40,000 nucleotides of DNA from Pseudanabaenaceae cyanobacterium SKYG29 (GCA_025055675.1 JANWWT010000006.1:18839-58838), one strand, 5' to 3'; counted from the stretch's first letter, positions 1-11,094 are shown. Translations and numbers: made by a program. Notes: generated by a model not told the origin, from the sequence alone.

Positions 1-1
1 G

Positions 2-124
2 TTGATGGTGGGGGCGGTATTCTTTTTTGTCAAGTCCCTCACCTATGTCCGTCCCCGTAGCCGCAGCGAAATTATTGCCCAGTTAGAGAGACAGTTTCAC
101 AGTAGTCCCTCAGGAGACCCCTAG
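2..124 (+). CDS. 3' end of a gene entering from the left edge (hydrophobic C-terminal fragment, product unknown)
   Basis: Frame is open from the window edge to TAG at 122-124 (LMVGAVFFFVKSLTYVRPRSRSEIIAQLERQFHSSPSGDP*). No family recognised. Confidence 0.3.
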   Translation: MMVGAVFFFVKSLTYVRPRSRSEIIAQLERQFHSSPSGDP

Positions 125-126
125 GT

Positions 127-894
127 ATGGTTGCCGAGCGCTATCGTTTCTCTGAGCGGCGACAGGCAAAACGGCGGCAACGCCAACTACGACGCCTGAG
201 AGGGTGGTGGCAGGTACTACTGTGTAGCAGTTTGGTGTGGGGAATCTGGCGGCTGACTAATGCCCCCTTTTGGTACCTCTATGACTTAGGGCAAGTCACG
301 ATCGAGGGAGAAAACCTCCTCCCCGAAGCAGGACTAAAAGCCCACCTCAATCTCTCTTTGCCCCAGTACCTGTTCCGCCTAGAACCACAACGGATTGCCC
401 GTCAGTTGCAGAGCCAAGCCCCCTTGGCGGCAGTGCAAGTCCAGAGGCGACTGTTTCCCACCCAATTGGTGATTCGGGTCAAGGAGCGGGTGCCCGTGGC
501 ACGGGCAATGTATGAAGGCAAAAACGGTTACATTGATACTGAGGGTGTGTGGATACCTGCCACTAGCTACCCCACCAAGCTACATCCCCCTTTGACAGTG
601 GTGGGTTTTGATGACCAGGTGCGTGCCCATTGGGCAGAGCTATATTCCCTAGTTGCCCGCAGTCCCGTGGCGATTAGCCAAATCAACTGGCTCGATCGCA
701 ACAACTTAATTCTGGCGACAGAGTTGGGTGTAGTTCACTGTGGCAATTTTGAGCGGGAGACTTTCGCTAAACAACTGGCAAAACTCGATCGGATGCGCTC
801 TTTACCCCAGGTTATCAAGGGCAACAATATCAAGTATCTTGATTTTAGAGACCTGGCTGCACCGACAGCAAAATTTTCTGTTTCCCTTCCGTAA
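127..894 (+). CDS. ftsQ: Cell division protein FtsQ/DivIB-like
   Basis: Basic N-terminal tail, then one TM segment (WWQVLLCSSLVWGIW), then a POTRA-like region. Sits directly upstream of ftsZ, as is usual. Confidence 0.8.
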   Translation: MVAERYRFSERRQAKRRQRQLRRLRGWWQVLLCSSLVWGIWRLTNAPFWYLYDLGQVTIEGENLLPEAGLKAHLNLSLPQYLFRLEPQRIARQLQSQAPLAAVQVQRRLFPTQLVIRVKERVPVARAMYEGKNGYIDTEGVWIPATSYPTKLHPPLTVVGFDDQVRAHWAELYSLVARSPVAISQINWLDRNNLILATELGVVHCGNFERETFAKQLAKLDRMRSLPQVIKGNNIKYLDFRDLAAPTAKFSVSLP

Positions 895-915
895 CCACTA
901 CCAAGCGATAGTATA

Positions 916-2163
916 ATGCCTACACACAACTGGACTGACCTACTTGCCGATGACTCTGGTGATGGAGAGTTGGAAGAGTTACTTGACCTGGACGAGATTG
1001 TGGAGCCTGAAGTGCCTGTGCAAGCCCCGAAACGCCCCTCCCTAAAGCAGCAATACACCCCTGACCCCAAGGGGGAGAATATCATGCCCAGCAACACAGC
1101 TAAGATTAAGGTCATTGGCGTGGGCGGTGGCGGTGGCAATGCGGTCAATCGGATGATAGCTGCCCAGGTCAGTGGTGTAGAGTTCTGGTGTTTTAATACC
1201 GATGCCCAAGCCCTTATGCTCTCCCAAGCAAGCAAGCGCTTCCAGATGGGGGTAAAAATTACCAAGGGTCTAGGAGCAGGAGGCAACCCCGCTATTGGGC
1301 AGAAGGCGGCGGAAGAATCGCGGGATGACATTGCCCAGGCAGTAGAGGGAGCTGACCTAGTTTTCATTACAGCAGGTATGGGGGGTGGTACAGGGACAGG
1401 GGCTGCCCCCATTATTGCGGAGGTGGCAAAGGAAGTGGGCGCTTTAACGATCGGAGTGGTGACCCGTCCCTTTACCTTCGAGGGCAAACGGCGGATTAGC
1501 CAGGCAGAGGAGGGAATCGCTGCTCTGCGGGAGAACGTTGATGCTTTGATTGTGATCCCCAACGATAAACTGCTGAGTGTGATTACGGAGCAGACTCCCA
1601 TTCAGGAGGCATTTCAACTAGCAGATGACGTGCTCAGGCAGGGTGTGCAGGGGATCACTGATATTATTACGATTCCTGGGCTAGTGAACGTAGACTTCGC
1701 CGATGTACGGGCAGTGATGGCAGATGCAGGATCAGCCATGATGGGGATAGGGACAGGGTCGGGCAAGTCTAGGGCGCGGGAAGCAGCTACGATGGCCATT
1801 TCCTCCCCTCTCCTAGAATATTCCTCCATTCAGGGGGCAACTGGGGTAGTGATGAATATCACAGGGGGTAGGGATTTAAGTCTCCATGAGGTAACGGTAG
1901 CAGCGGAGACAATTCAAGATGTAGTAGATGCTAATGCTAACATTATCTTTGGAGCGGTGATTGACGATACCATGCAGGGGGAAGTAATGGTGACAGTCAT
2001 TGCCACTGGGTTTTCCGGTAAAAATGGACCGACCAATGTACCTATCAAGAAGCCAAGTGCTACTAAATCTCCTCCCACCCCCCCCTCGGAACCAGATAAT
2101 CCTGTCAGTAAGCCTGACCTAGATATCCCCGACTTTTTACAACGGCGCAGACCGCGGATTTAA
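916..2163 (+). CDS. ftsZ: Cell division GTPase FtsZ
   Basis: Tubulin signature [34 protein letters not shown], and a C-terminal DIPDFLQRR peptide. Confidence 0.97.
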   Translation: MPTHNWTDLLADDSGDGELEELLDLDEIVEPEVPVQAPKRPSLKQQYTPDPKGENIMPSNTAKIKVIGVGGGGGNAVNRMIAAQVSGVEFWCFNTDAQALMLSQASKRFQMGVKITKGLGAGGNPAIGQKAAEESRDDIAQAVEGADLVFITAGMGGGTGTGAAPIIAEVAKEVGALTIGVVTRPFTFEGKRRISQAEEGIAALRENVDALIVIPNDKLLSVITEQTPIQEAFQLADDVLRQGVQGITDIITIPGLVNVDFADVRAVMADAGSAMMGIGTGSGKSRAREAATMAISSPLLEYSSIQGATGVVMNITGGRDLSLHEVTVAAETIQDVVDANANIIFGAVIDDTMQGEVMVTVIATGFSGKNGPTNVPIKKPSATKSPPTPPSEPDNPVSKPDLDIPDFLQRRRPRI

Positions 2164-2186
2164 TGATAGGATGCTATTAGATTATT

Positions 2187-3191
2187 TTGACAACGGCGGT
2201 GACCTTCTCTATACCTAGATGCACCCATCAGTTCCCTGCTGATCGACGGCACGAGGACAAGTTAAGGCTGTTTTCTGGTTCGGCTAACATTCCCCTGGCA
2301 CAGGAGATTGCCCGCTATTTGGGCATGGGTTTGGGTCCTATGGTGCGGAAGACCTTTGCTGATGGTGAAATTTATGTACAGGTACAGGAATCCATTCGTG
2401 GTTGCGATGTTTATTTAATTCAACCCACCTGTCGCCCTGTCAATGACCACCTCACAGAACTCCTGATTATGATTGATGCCTGTCGGCGTGCTTCGGCACG
2501 GCAAATTACAGCAGTGCTACCCTACTATGGCTATGGGCGAGCCGATCGGAAAACTGCAGGGCGGGAAGCGATTACCGCTAAGCTAGTAGCGAACATTATT
2601 GTAGAAGCGGGGGCAAATCGTATTCTAGCCATGGATTTACATTCAGCCCAGATTCAGGGCTACTTTGATATCCCCTGTGACCATGTTTACGGGGCCCCTG
2701 TGATTCTCAGCTATCTGCAGGAGAAACAGCTGGAAGATGTAGTGGTGGTGTCGCCGGATGTGGGGGGGGTAGCGAGAGCAAGGGCATTTGCTAAAAAACT
2801 CAATGATGCTCCTATTGCCATTGTGGACAAACGCCGCCAAAACCACAATGAGGCAGAAGTGGTCAATATTGTAGGGGATGTGCGGGGGAAAACCGCAATT
2901 ATCGTGGATGATATGATTGATACAGCAGGGACGATTTTTGAAGGGGCAAAACTTCTGTTAGAGCACGGAGCTAAGGAAATTTATGCCTGTGCTACTCACG
3001 CAGTTTTCTCGGAGCCTGCCTATGAACGTCTTGCCAGTGGTGTCTTTCAGGAAGTAATTGTGACCAATACTATCCCTGTGCCTGAGGAAAAACGGTTTCC
3101 CCAGTTGAAAATCCTGTCAGTGGCTAATTTGCTAGGAGAAACTATTTGGCGGGTGCACGAGGATTCCTCTGTCAGTGTCATGTTTCGTTGA
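2187..3191 (+). CDS. prs: Ribose-phosphate pyrophosphokinase (PRPP synthetase)
   Basis: LRLFSGSANIPLAQEIA, YYGYGRADRK and the PRPP-binding loop IIVDDMIDTAGT. The track start is a TTG, so the exact start is uncertain. Confidence 0.92.
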   Translation: MTTAVTFSIPRCTHQFPADRRHEDKLRLFSGSANIPLAQEIARYLGMGLGPMVRKTFADGEIYVQVQESIRGCDVYLIQPTCRPVNDHLTELLIMIDACRRASARQITAVLPYYGYGRADRKTAGREAITAKLVANIIVEAGANRILAMDLHSAQIQGYFDIPCDHVYGAPVILSYLQEKQLEDVVVVSPDVGGVARARAFAKKLNDAPIAIVDKRRQNHNEAEVVNIVGDVRGKTAIIVDDMIDTAGTIFEGAKLLLEHGAKEIYACATHAVFSEPAYERLASGVFQEVIVTNTIPVPEEKRFPQLKILSVANLLGETIWRVHEDSSVSVMFR

Positions 3192-3272
3192 TCTTTAAGA
3201 AAACCGATCGATCCACCTAGTCCTGCTCTCCTTCCCCTTAACATTCTTACAACAACGGATGGAAGAAGGGCT

Positions 3273-4154
3273 ATGACAAGAACTCTACCCCTAGTAAGGG
3301 ATGGTAGCTGGCTAAGGAATTACGCCTTGGTGATGGCAGGGCTAACTTTGGCTTTGATGGCTGTGGGCAGTACTACCAGGGTGATGAATGCGGGACTGGC
3401 TTGCCCTGATTGGCCTCTCTGTTATGGCGAGGTTGTCCCCCTTACCCAGATGAACTGGCAAGTGTTTTGGGAATGGTTTCACCGTGTGATTGCCAGTGGC
3501 GTGGGATTACTCACGATCGGGTTTGCTGTCTGTAGCTGGTGGTATCGGCAGAGTTTGCCTAGGTGGGTGCCCTGGAGTGGGGTTTTAGCGGTAGCAGTGG
3601 TGGTTTGGCAAGGTATTTTGGGGGGATTGACAGTTACGGAATTGTTGCGCTTTGACATTGTGACGGCTCACTTGGCAACAGGCATGGCTTTTTGGGCTTT
3701 GTGGTTGGCGATCGGCTTGGGTATGCAGCCGATAGCTGCCTTTGGGGGAGCAGAGCGCTTGGCTTTGGTAGGGGCAGTCTCCACTGCTCTGGTCTATGGG
3801 CAGAGTGTGTTGGGTGCTTTGGTGGCTTCCCAATGGGCTTTACACCAATGTCTGGCTAACAGTGCTCTCTGTCAGGTCATGCACAATCACTTGTGGGGGG
3901 TAGTGCCTGCCGCGGTGGGGGCAAGTCTCTTACCGATTTGGGTGTGGCGGACTCCTGATGCTCCTGCCATAGTTCATCGCTTAGCACAAACGATCGGAGT
4001 TCTCATTCCTGGGCAGATTCTGGTGGGGGTGGCAACTTATCAATTACAGTTATCGGTACCAGTGGTGACGGTATTGCATCAGACGGGAGCAGCCCTCCTA
4101 TTTGGTGCTTGTTGGGCAGTAGCGGTTTTGGCAATCAGAGGAAGGAAAGCATGA
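3273..4154 (+). CDS. ctaA: Heme A synthase (COX15/CtaA family)
   Basis: Polytopic membrane protein with [12 protein letters not shown] near the N-terminus. Translationally coupled (ATGA) to ctaB. Confidence 0.8.
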   Translation: MTRTLPLVRDGSWLRNYALVMAGLTLALMAVGSTTRVMNAGLACPDWPLCYGEVVPLTQMNWQVFWEWFHRVIASGVGLLTIGFAVCSWWYRQSLPRWVPWSGVLAVAVVVWQGILGGLTVTELLRFDIVTAHLATGMAFWALWLAIGLGMQPIAAFGGAERLALVGAVSTALVYGQSVLGALVASQWALHQCLANSALCQVMHNHLWGVVPAAVGASLLPIWVWRTPDAPAIVHRLAQTIGVLIPGQILVGVATYQLQLSVPVVTVLHQTGAALLFGACWAVAVLAIRGRKA

Positions 4155-5074
4155 CAAATTTGTTGGGCTATAGTTCTTTCCTGGGGTGGAGACAGACTAT
4201 CTACGATTATTTGCAGCTGACCAAGCCCCGTATTATCTCGCTGTTATTGATTACCACAGCGGGGGCGATGGAGATTGCCGGACGGGGACAAGTCAATCCC
4301 TGGCTACTATTGGTAACTCTGGTGGGGGGAGCGTTAGCGGCAGGGGCTGCTAATACTATCAACTGTATCTATGACAGCGACATCGACTATTTAATGGAAC
4401 GCACCCGTTGGCGACCAATTCCTGCAGGCAAAATTACACCCCGCCAGGCTTTGGTGTTTGCTCTCGCTTTAGCGGCTACCTCTTTCCTGCTGTTGGCAGT
4501 TTTTGCTAATCTCCTGGCGGCTTGCCTGGCTATGGCAGGGATTGTCACCTACGTAGGGGTCTATACTCTATGGTTAAAACGTTCCCATCCCCAGAATATT
4601 GTCATTGGGGGGGCAGCCGGAGCAATTCCACCGTTGGTGGGTTGGGCAGCAGTGACAGGTAGCTTGGATTGGACGGCATGGGTGTTATTTGCCATTATTT
4701 TTGTGTGGACTCCTCCCCACTTCTGGGCGCTCTCTATGATGATTGAGGAGGAATATGCGCGGGTAGGTGTGCCCATGCTGCCTGTGGTAAAGGGGAAAAT
4801 AGCTACCGCTTGGCAAATTTTGTTCTATATCTTGCTGTTAATTCCTATCAGTCTCTTGTTGGTAGTGCCCCTGGGAGTGATGGGAGCTATCTACTGTGGA
4901 GCAGCTCTGGTTTTGGGTTTAACTTTTGCGGCTAAAGGGTGGCGCTTGCTAGAAAAACCCCACGATCGCCAGCTATCTGTGGATGTCTTCAAATACTCGA
5001 TCGTGTACATGGGTTGTCTGTGCGGTGCTATGGCGTTAGATGCTATTCCCTTCTTACACCGATCGGTTTTATGA
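4151..5074 (+). CDS. ctaB: Protoheme IX farnesyltransferase (heme O synthase)
   Basis: UbiA-type prenyltransferase motif [24 protein letters not shown] place the start at ATG 4151 (MTNLLGY...), which overlaps the ctaA stop as ATGA. The track start at 4109 is an alternative-codon extension. Confidence 0.9.
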   Translation: MTNLLGYSSFLGWRQTIYDYLQLTKPRIISLLLITTAGAMEIAGRGQVNPWLLLVTLVGGALAAGAANTINCIYDSDIDYLMERTRWRPIPAGKITPRQALVFALALAATSFLLLAVFANLLAACLAMAGIVTYVGVYTLWLKRSHPQNIVIGGAAGAIPPLVGWAAVTGSLDWTAWVLFAIIFVWTPPHFWALSMMIEEEYARVGVPMLPVVKGKIATAWQILFYILLLIPISLLLVVPLGVMGAIYCGAALVLGLTFAAKGWRLLEKPHDRQLSVDVFKYSIVYMGCLCGAMALDAIPFLHRSVL

Positions 5075-5077
5075 TCG

Positions 5078-6445
5078 ATGCCACAGTTGGGGATGGCGAT
5101 GCGGGTCTGTGTGATTGGTACGGGGTATGTGGGCTTGGTGACGGGGGCTTGCCTGGCTTACATGGGCAATGAGGTGGTCTGTGTTGATAACAATGAAGCA
5201 AAGGTAGAAGTCTTGCGAGCAGGTCGCTGCCCTATCCACGAACCAGGGTTACCGGAAATCCTGCAACAGGTCTTAGCCCAAGGGTTAATTACTTTCACTA
5301 CAGACATTGGTGCGGGAGTTAGTCAGGCAGAAATCATCTTTATTGCGGTAGGCACGCCCCCCCTACCCGATGGACAGACAGATTTGCGCTATGTGGAAGC
5401 AGTTGCCCGCAGTTTGGGCAAGTATCTCGATAGTAACTACCGCATCATTGTCAATAAATCAACTGTCCCGATTGGTTCTGGGGATTGGGTGCGCATGGTG
5501 ATTCTAGATGCAATGCAGGCAGCTGCCAACCCTCACCCCCCCAACTTCGACATCATCAGTAACCCCGAATTTTTGCGGGAAGGCTCCGCCGTCTATGACA
5601 CTTTTAATCCCGATCGGATTGTCCTGGGTGGCAGTTCCCCCACAGCGATTGCCAAGATGCAGACCCTCTATCAAGGTATTATCGATCGTACCTATGCTGC
5701 TGCTAAAACTTTACCCCCTGTGCCTGTAGTGATTACTGATATTAGTTCGGCAGAGATGATCAAATATGCGGCTAACGCTTTCCTGGCAGTAAAAATTAGT
5801 TTCATCAATGAGATAGCCAACATTTGCGATCGGGTAGGGGCAGATGTCCAGGAAGTGGCAAGGGGGATTGGCTTAGACAGTCGCATTGGTCAGAAGTTTC
5901 TTCAGGCGGGGGTAGGTTGGGGTGGCTCCTGTTTCGGCAAGGATGTGGCAGCTCTTATTCACACAGCGGCAGACTACGGCTATACGGCAGAAATTTTGCA
6001 GGCAGCGGTCAAAGTCAACCAGCAACAGCGCCTATTGGTGATTGAAAAATTGCAGCAGGTGTTAAAAATTCTCAAGGGGAAAACGATCGGGCTTTTGGGT
6101 CTCACGTTCAAACCCCACACCGACGACATGCGGGATGCCCCCTCTCTCACTATCATTGAGCAGTTGCATAGATTAGGAGCAAAAGTAAAAGCCTATGACC
6201 CGATCGTGTCCCAGTCAGGCTTAAGGGATGGCATTGCCCACGTAGCAGTGGAAACCGATGTGGAACGCCTGGCCGATGGTTGTGATGCTTTGGTTTTGGT
6301 CACCGACTGGCCCCACTTCCAAAACTTGGACTATCCTACCCTCGCTACCCTTATGCATCAGCCCATATTTATTGACGGTAGAAACTACCTCGATCGGAGT
6401 CGCCTGGAAGCCGCCGGCTTCAAATACATCGGCATTGGGCGTTAA
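5078..6445 (+). CDS. ugd: UDP-glucose 6-dehydrogenase
   Basis: N-terminal Rossmann motif VIGTGYVGL and catalytic-Cys motif [10 protein letters not shown]. In-frame ATGs at 5078, 5093 and 5099 are all possible starts. Confidence 0.9.
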   Translation: MPQLGMAMRVCVIGTGYVGLVTGACLAYMGNEVVCVDNNEAKVEVLRAGRCPIHEPGLPEILQQVLAQGLITFTTDIGAGVSQAEIIFIAVGTPPLPDGQTDLRYVEAVARSLGKYLDSNYRIIVNKSTVPIGSGDWVRMVILDAMQAAANPHPPNFDIISNPEFLREGSAVYDTFNPDRIVLGGSSPTAIAKMQTLYQGIIDRTYAAAKTLPPVPVVITDISSAEMIKYAANAFLAVKISFINEIANICDRVGADVQEVARGIGLDSRIGQKFLQAGVGWGGSCFGKDVAALIHTAADYGYTAEILQAAVKVNQQQRLLVIEKLQQVLKILKGKTIGLLGLTFKPHTDDMRDAPSLTIIEQLHRLGAKVKAYDPIVSQSGLRDGIAHVAVETDVERLADGCDALVLVTDWPHFQNLDYPTLATLMHQPIFIDGRNYLDRSRLEAAGFKYIGIGR

Positions 6446-7653
6446 GTATTAGCCAGCTCCAACAAACGAAGGATTACCTCTTCCACAACCCGATCGGGTG
6501 TAGAAGCCCCTGAAGTGACACCGACTTGAATATTGCCAGTAGGTAACCAACCCTTAGTGCGGACTACATCTTTGTGGAGGGGTTTATGTTCAATTTCTGA
6601 GCGGGAGAGTAAGCGGTGGGCACCATCAATGTGGAAAGAAGCTAACCCCTTCTCCTTGGCCATCTCCTGCAGGTGAGTAGTGTTGGAGGAATTAAACCCA
6701 CCAATGACAATCATCAAATCCAGGTCATGTTCCAACAGTTTGACCATGGCATCCTGGCGCTCCTGGGTAGCATCACAGATGGTATTAAAAGCCAAGAAGT
6801 GCTCATTCAAATTTTCCACCCCGTACTTTTGCATCATTGTCCGTTCAAACAACTTCCCGATCGCTTCCGTCTCACTTTTGAGCATAGTGGTTTGATTTGC
6901 CACACCAATTCGCTCTAAATCCCGATCGGGGTCAAACCCGGAGGACATAGCTTTAGCAAATTTACGTAAAAATTCCTCCCGATCGCCGCCCTGCAAAATA
7001 TAATTTGCCACATACTCTGCCTCCGACAAATTCAAGACAATCAAATAACGCTTGGCATAGGAGCTAGTAGCGATCGTTTCTTCGTGGTTGTATTTACCAT
7101 GAATGATAGAAGTGAAATCAGCCTTTTTGTGCTTTTCTACCCGATTCCACACCTTAGACACCCAGGGGCAAGTTGTATCGACAATGATGGCACCCACAGT
7201 TTGCAAGTAAGAAATTTCCTGATAGCTAGCACCAAAAGCAGGTAGGATTACTACTTCCCCTTTTTGTACCACGGAAAAATCCTTCACCCCATTAACTACA
7301 GGAATGAACTCCACTGCCATCTCCCGTAGACGGGCATTCACTAGGGGATTGTGGATAATCTCGTTCGTAATCCAAATTTTATGATGGGGGAACTGACTGC
7401 GCGTTTCATAGGCCATAGCCACCGCCCTTTCTACACCCCAACAAAAGCCAAAAGCTTCGGCTAAGTGAATTGTCACTCTTCCCTCTGTGTATTGATAGTT
7501 TTGCTGGCGAATTTGTTGAATTAAGGAGCTCTGATACTCCGAGACCAGCTGGGCTTCTGCTTCTTCTGTATGCCCAAAACCACGACGGTGGTAAAGCTCG
7601 GACTTTTGTAGCTCCCTGCGCCAAGACTGAGTATCGATGTGAGAAGTTTCCAT
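6442..7653 (-). CDS. ispH: 4-hydroxy-3-methylbut-2-enyl diphosphate reductase (IspH/LytB)
   Basis: Cyanobacterial-type N-terminus (YHRRGFGH...[11 protein letters not shown]...[17 protein letters not shown]). Start placed at the Met of METSHID (7653). The upstream 25 codons of the track ORF look spurious. Confidence 0.92.
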   Translation of the reverse strand: METSHIDTQSWRRELQKSELYHRRGFGHTEEAEAQLVSEYQSSLIQQIRQQNYQYTEGRVTIHLAEAFGFCWGVERAVAMAYETRSQFPHHKIWITNEIIHNPLVNARLREMAVEFIPVVNGVKDFSVVQKGEVVILPAFGASYQEISYLQTVGAIIVDTTCPWVSKVWNRVEKHKKADFTSIIHGKYNHEETIATSSYAKRYLIVLNLSEAEYVANYILQGGDREEFLRKFAKAMSSGFDPDRDLERIGVANQTTMLKSETEAIGKLFERTMMQKYGVENLNEHFLAFNTICDATQERQDAMVKLLEHDLDLMIVIGGFNSSNTTHLQEMAKEKGLASFHIDGAHRLLSRSEIEHKPLHKDVVRTKGWLPTGNIQVGVTSGASTPDRVVEEVILRLLELANT

Positions 7654-7684
7654 AGTGGGGGTAAAAACTGTAAAATCGCTTAAC

Positions 7685-7690
7685 ATTATA
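7685..7690 (-). promoter_or_regulatory. Candidate -10 box (TATAAT) of ispH
   Basis: The minus strand reads TAGTATAAT about 32 nt upstream of the ispH ATG. There is no experimental support. Confidence 0.35.
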
Positions 7691-8538
7691 CTAGAAGCAA
7701 AAAAAAACGATCGGGTACAAAAGCACAACTCAGCCCCTATTCAGATCACTATCGCAATCTCCCAACAAATACTATATTTGTAACTTTATGACCAGACACT
7801 CTCATATAACCACACTTAAACCACATCTACTCACAGGGAAGATCAAGGAGTAGAACAAGAGCAATACAGCCATACCACCATTAATGTATCCCCCCAGCAA
7901 TTCCCAGAAACAAACGGGGGCTATTAACTGCAAGGAGGGGAACTACTGACAATTCCCTGGACTGCATTCTCTGATGCCATAACTCGGCCTCAGTAGCTGA
8001 TGGTCAGTATGCAGCCATACAGTTAACAAATTTAGTCGATAAAAAACGATCGTTTTAAAGCAAATACCCATGGAGGTCTGCACATCTCGCAATTACTACC
8101 AGGAGAAAGGAGTGATAACCGATCGGTAGCAGATACTCCAGAAATTCCGCCCTGTTTTACAAATAAAAACCGATTCCCATCGACTGGCTGGTTAGATGTA
8201 GTGAATTTTAGGGTGGCAAAAATCTGCCATACTCATTGACTTGCATTATTAGGAGAAACTATCAGGCTGTGTAGTCAAATGCAGCAAACCAGCAGCGGCA
8301 ACAGCAACTTGCCCTTAAGCAGCAGCAAGAGTCGTGCAGGATATTACTAGAATGTTGGTGAGTACATTACACAATTAACACTCATTCCTGATAAACTACG
8401 AGAGACAGCATACACATTTCTAAACAATAGATTTGCTTAGAAAATTCTGTTTAATAGACTACAGAAATAACAGAAAGGTCATGGCACCCTGGGAACTAAA
8501 CTGGGTAACTCAGTCCTAAGCCAAAGGGGTGGCTGTCA

Positions 8539-9354
8539 ATGGGAAGCAGGCGATTGCACTTTTTAATTCTAGTATGCTTGACCTTAACTGTAGCAGGGGG
8601 AATGCCAGCGATCGGTAAGAAGCTAGTTAAGGAGGCTACCCAAGCTAAGCGACCTGTTACAATTGTTGTATCGGCAGCAGCAGATTTGAACTATGTCTTT
8701 CCTGAAATTGGTAAGTTGTGGGAGCAAGAAACGGGTAACAAAGTTGTATTCAATCTAGGTTCGACAGGACAATTAGCACAGCAGATTGAGCGGGGTGCAC
8801 CCGTCGATTTATTTGCCGCTGCTAACAAAAAATTTGTGCAAGATTTAGACAAAAAAGGTCTTGTACACTCTGAGACAAAGGCTTTATACGGTGTAGGCAG
8901 GATTACGATTTGGCAACGGCAGGATGCTAACTATGACCTCAAAACCGTTAGGGATTTGATGGACCCCCAAATTAAACGGGTGGCAATTGCTAATCCTGAC
9001 CATGCTCCCTATGGTGTAGCGGCTAGGGAAGCTCTAAAAGCAGTGGGCATTTGGGACAGTATCCAACCCAAACTGGTACTGGGAGAAAATGTTCGCCAGA
9101 CGCAACAGTATGCGGAAACGGGGAACGTAGATGCAGCAATTGTGGCTCTTTCCATTAGTGTGAATCGACCTGGCAAGTGGGTGCTAATTCCTGATAACTT
9201 ACATCAGCCCCTAGAGCAAATGTTAGTGGTGCCCAAAAGCGCCCGCCACCCTGAGTTAGCCAAACAATTTGCTGCTTTCATTAACGGACCGAAAGGTAGA
9301 CCCCTGATGCGCAAGTACGGTTTCATTTTGCCTGGGGAGGAACCAATCCGATGA
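8539..9354 (+). CDS. modA: Molybdate ABC transporter substrate-binding protein
   Basis: Signal peptide, then ModA-like SAAADL...GSTGQLAQQIERGAPVDLFAAAN. Followed by modB and modC. Confidence 0.88.
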   Translation: MGSRRLHFLILVCLTLTVAGGMPAIGKKLVKEATQAKRPVTIVVSAAADLNYVFPEIGKLWEQETGNKVVFNLGSTGQLAQQIERGAPVDLFAAANKKFVQDLDKKGLVHSETKALYGVGRITIWQRQDANYDLKTVRDLMDPQIKRVAIANPDHAPYGVAAREALKAVGIWDSIQPKLVLGENVRQTQQYAETGNVDAAIVALSISVNRPGKWVLIPDNLHQPLEQMLVVPKSARHPELAKQFAAFINGPKGRPLMRKYGFILPGEEPIR

Positions 9355-10067
9355 TCTGGCAACCCTCCCTCCTCTCCATACAAGTTACTCTTCTTGCTAG
9401 TGGTCTGATTTTAATTTTTGGTCTCAGCCTGGGCATTTTTCTCGCCCGTGTGCAATTTCCTGGTCAAATTCTATTTTCTACTATGCTCAACTTGCCCCTA
9501 GTTTTACCACCCAGTGTGGTGGGCTATTTCTTGCTCATAGCTCTAGGACGGGGTAGCCCCATCAAGGAATGGTTGGGTATTGACTTGTTGTTTACCTGGC
9601 AGGCGGGGGGAATTGCTTCCGCAGTGGTGGCTTTACCTTTGATGGTGGAATCTACCAGAGCAGCAATTGCCAGTGTCAATCCTGAGTTGGAAGCAGCAGC
9701 GCGTACCCTAGGCTCGACGGAGTGGGAGGTTTTATGGCGAATTACTATCCCTGTAGCCTACCGCGGTATTCTGGCGGGGTTTGGCTTGAGTGTGGCGCGG
9801 GGGCTAGGAGAATTTGGGGCAACGCTGATGGTGGCAGGGAGCATTCCTGGACGTACACAGACTTTACCCCTAGCTATCTACGACGCGGTACAAATGCAAC
9901 AATACGGGCTGGCAAATGTCATGGTGCTGATTATGACCACGATCGCTTTTGGTTTATTGTGGTGGGTCAGGCTCCTAGAAACGCAGCATCCCCAAAGTCA
10001 ACAACACCTAGAGGATTACCCCGATGGAATTGATCGTCGATATAGAGAAGCAGCTTCCCCACTATAA
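9351..10067 (+). CDS. modB: Molybdate ABC transporter permease
   Basis: CysT/ModB-type EAA region ARTLG...GLGEFGATLMVAGSIPGRTQTLPLAIYD. Start overlaps the modA stop (ATGA). Confidence 0.88.
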   Translation: MIWQPSLLSIQVTLLASGLILIFGLSLGIFLARVQFPGQILFSTMLNLPLVLPPSVVGYFLLIALGRGSPIKEWLGIDLLFTWQAGGIASAVVALPLMVESTRAAIASVNPELEAAARTLGSTEWEVLWRITIPVAYRGILAGFGLSVARGLGEFGATLMVAGSIPGRTQTLPLAIYDAVQMQQYGLANVMVLIMTTIAFGLLWWVRLLETQHPQSQQHLEDYPDGIDRRYREAASPL

Positions 10068-11094
10068 CCTGCAAGTAAGTTTTGCGCTGACAGGGGAGAC
10101 CCTGGGCATATTAGGCAGTTCCGGTTCAGGTAAAAGTATGACTCTCCGCTGTATTGCGGGGATTGCCAATCCTACGCAGGGAAAGATTATCCTCAATGGA
10201 CGCACCTTGTATGATTCTACTCGACGTATTAATGTGCCCAGCCGCGATCGGAAAGTTGGTTTTGTCTTTCAGAACTATGCTTTGTTTCCCCATCTCACGG
10301 TAGCAGAAAATATTGCCTATGGGTTGCGGCAGTTACCTAAACCCGCCAGACAAAAATTGGTGTATGAACAACTAGAGCAAGTACATTTATCGGAGTTTGC
10401 CCAGCGTTATCCCCACCAACTGTCAGGGGGACAACAACAAAGAGTGGCTCTGGCGCGAGCCTTAGCTCCCCAACCCGATCTACTGTTGCTGGATGAACCC
10501 TTCTCAGCCTTGGATACTCACTTGCGTAATGAATTGGAAAAACAATTGATTAAAACTCTTGCCACCTTCAACGGACTGACTCTATTTGTCACTCACAATT
10601 TAGAAGAAGCCTACCGCGTTTGTCAAAAGTTGTTAGTCATCGATCGGGGTCAAGTTGTTGCCTTTGGCGATAAACAGACAATTTTCGCACATCCCGGTCG
10701 ATTGGTGGTGGCGCAACTCACAGGGTGTAAAAATTTCTCCCCTATGCAACCGATCGATAACCACAGAGTCAAGGCTCTAGCCTGGGGATGTACTTTACAG
10801 ACAACCGAATTAGTCCTAGCTAGCCATACCCACGTTGGCATTAGGGCACATCAGATTACCTTTTTGGCAGCGGCAGCGGAATGTTTACCTAATACTTTTC
10901 CTGCCTGGCCAGTGTGGACAAGTGAGACTCCCCACCGCATGACTATCTATCTGAAACTGGGTACGCCACCGATCGATGGGGATGACTATCATCTGCAAGC
11001 GGAAGTGTTCAAAGAAAGATGGCAGGAACTGAAAGACCACCCCCAACCCTGGATTGTCCATCTGCGCCCCGATCGGATAAATCTCCTCAGCTAG
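10024..11094 (+). CDS. modC: Molybdate ABC transporter ATP-binding protein
   Basis: Walker A GSSGSGKS, signature LSGGQQQRVALARAL, Walker B LLLDEP, and a C-terminal TOBE-like extension. The mod context supports the call. Confidence 0.85.
   Translation: MELIVDIEKQLPHYNLQVSFALTGETLGILGSSGSGKSMTLRCIAGIANPTQGKIILNGRTLYDSTRRINVPSRDRKVGFVFQNYALFPHLTVAENIAYGLRQLPKPARQKLVYEQLEQVHLSEFAQRYPHQLSGGQQQRVALARALAPQPDLLLLDEPFSALDTHLRNELEKQLIKTLATFNGLTLFVTHNLEEAYRVCQKLLVIDRGQVVAFGDKQTIFAHPGRLVVAQLTGCKNFSPMQPIDNHRVKALAWGCTLQTTELVLASHTHVGIRAHQITFLAAAAECLPNTFPAWPVWTSETPHRMTIYLKLGTPPIDGDDYHLQAEVFKERWQELKDHPQPWIVHLRPDRINLLS

Noticed and set aside
735-1601. 288-aa minus-strand ORF spanning the ftsQ/ftsZ junction
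   Set aside because: It is antisense to the highly conserved ftsZ. The product is low-complexity and Pro/Ala/Ser-rich with no recognisable motif. This is a typical shadow ORF.
8043-8056. 14-nt perfect palindrome AAAACGATCGTTTT as a bidirectional terminator
   Set aside because: The stem would be mostly A-U pairs with no loop. It is most simply another CGATCG HIP-like site with A/T flanks.
8279-8350. CAG-rich tract containing a 23-codon ORF (MQQTSSGNSNLPLSSSKSRAGYY)
   Set aside because: No SD and low-complexity composition. More likely simple-sequence DNA than a gene.
8400-8538. Possible Moco riboswitch in the modA leader
   Set aside because: I could not recognise the conserved Moco-motif core or a convincing multi-stem fold by eye. 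This needs a covariance-model search, so no feature is claimed.
9722-10033. 103-aa alternative-frame ORF inside modB
   Set aside because: It overlaps the conserved ModB EAA-loop frame, and the product is Gly/Arg/Trp-rich and not protein-like.
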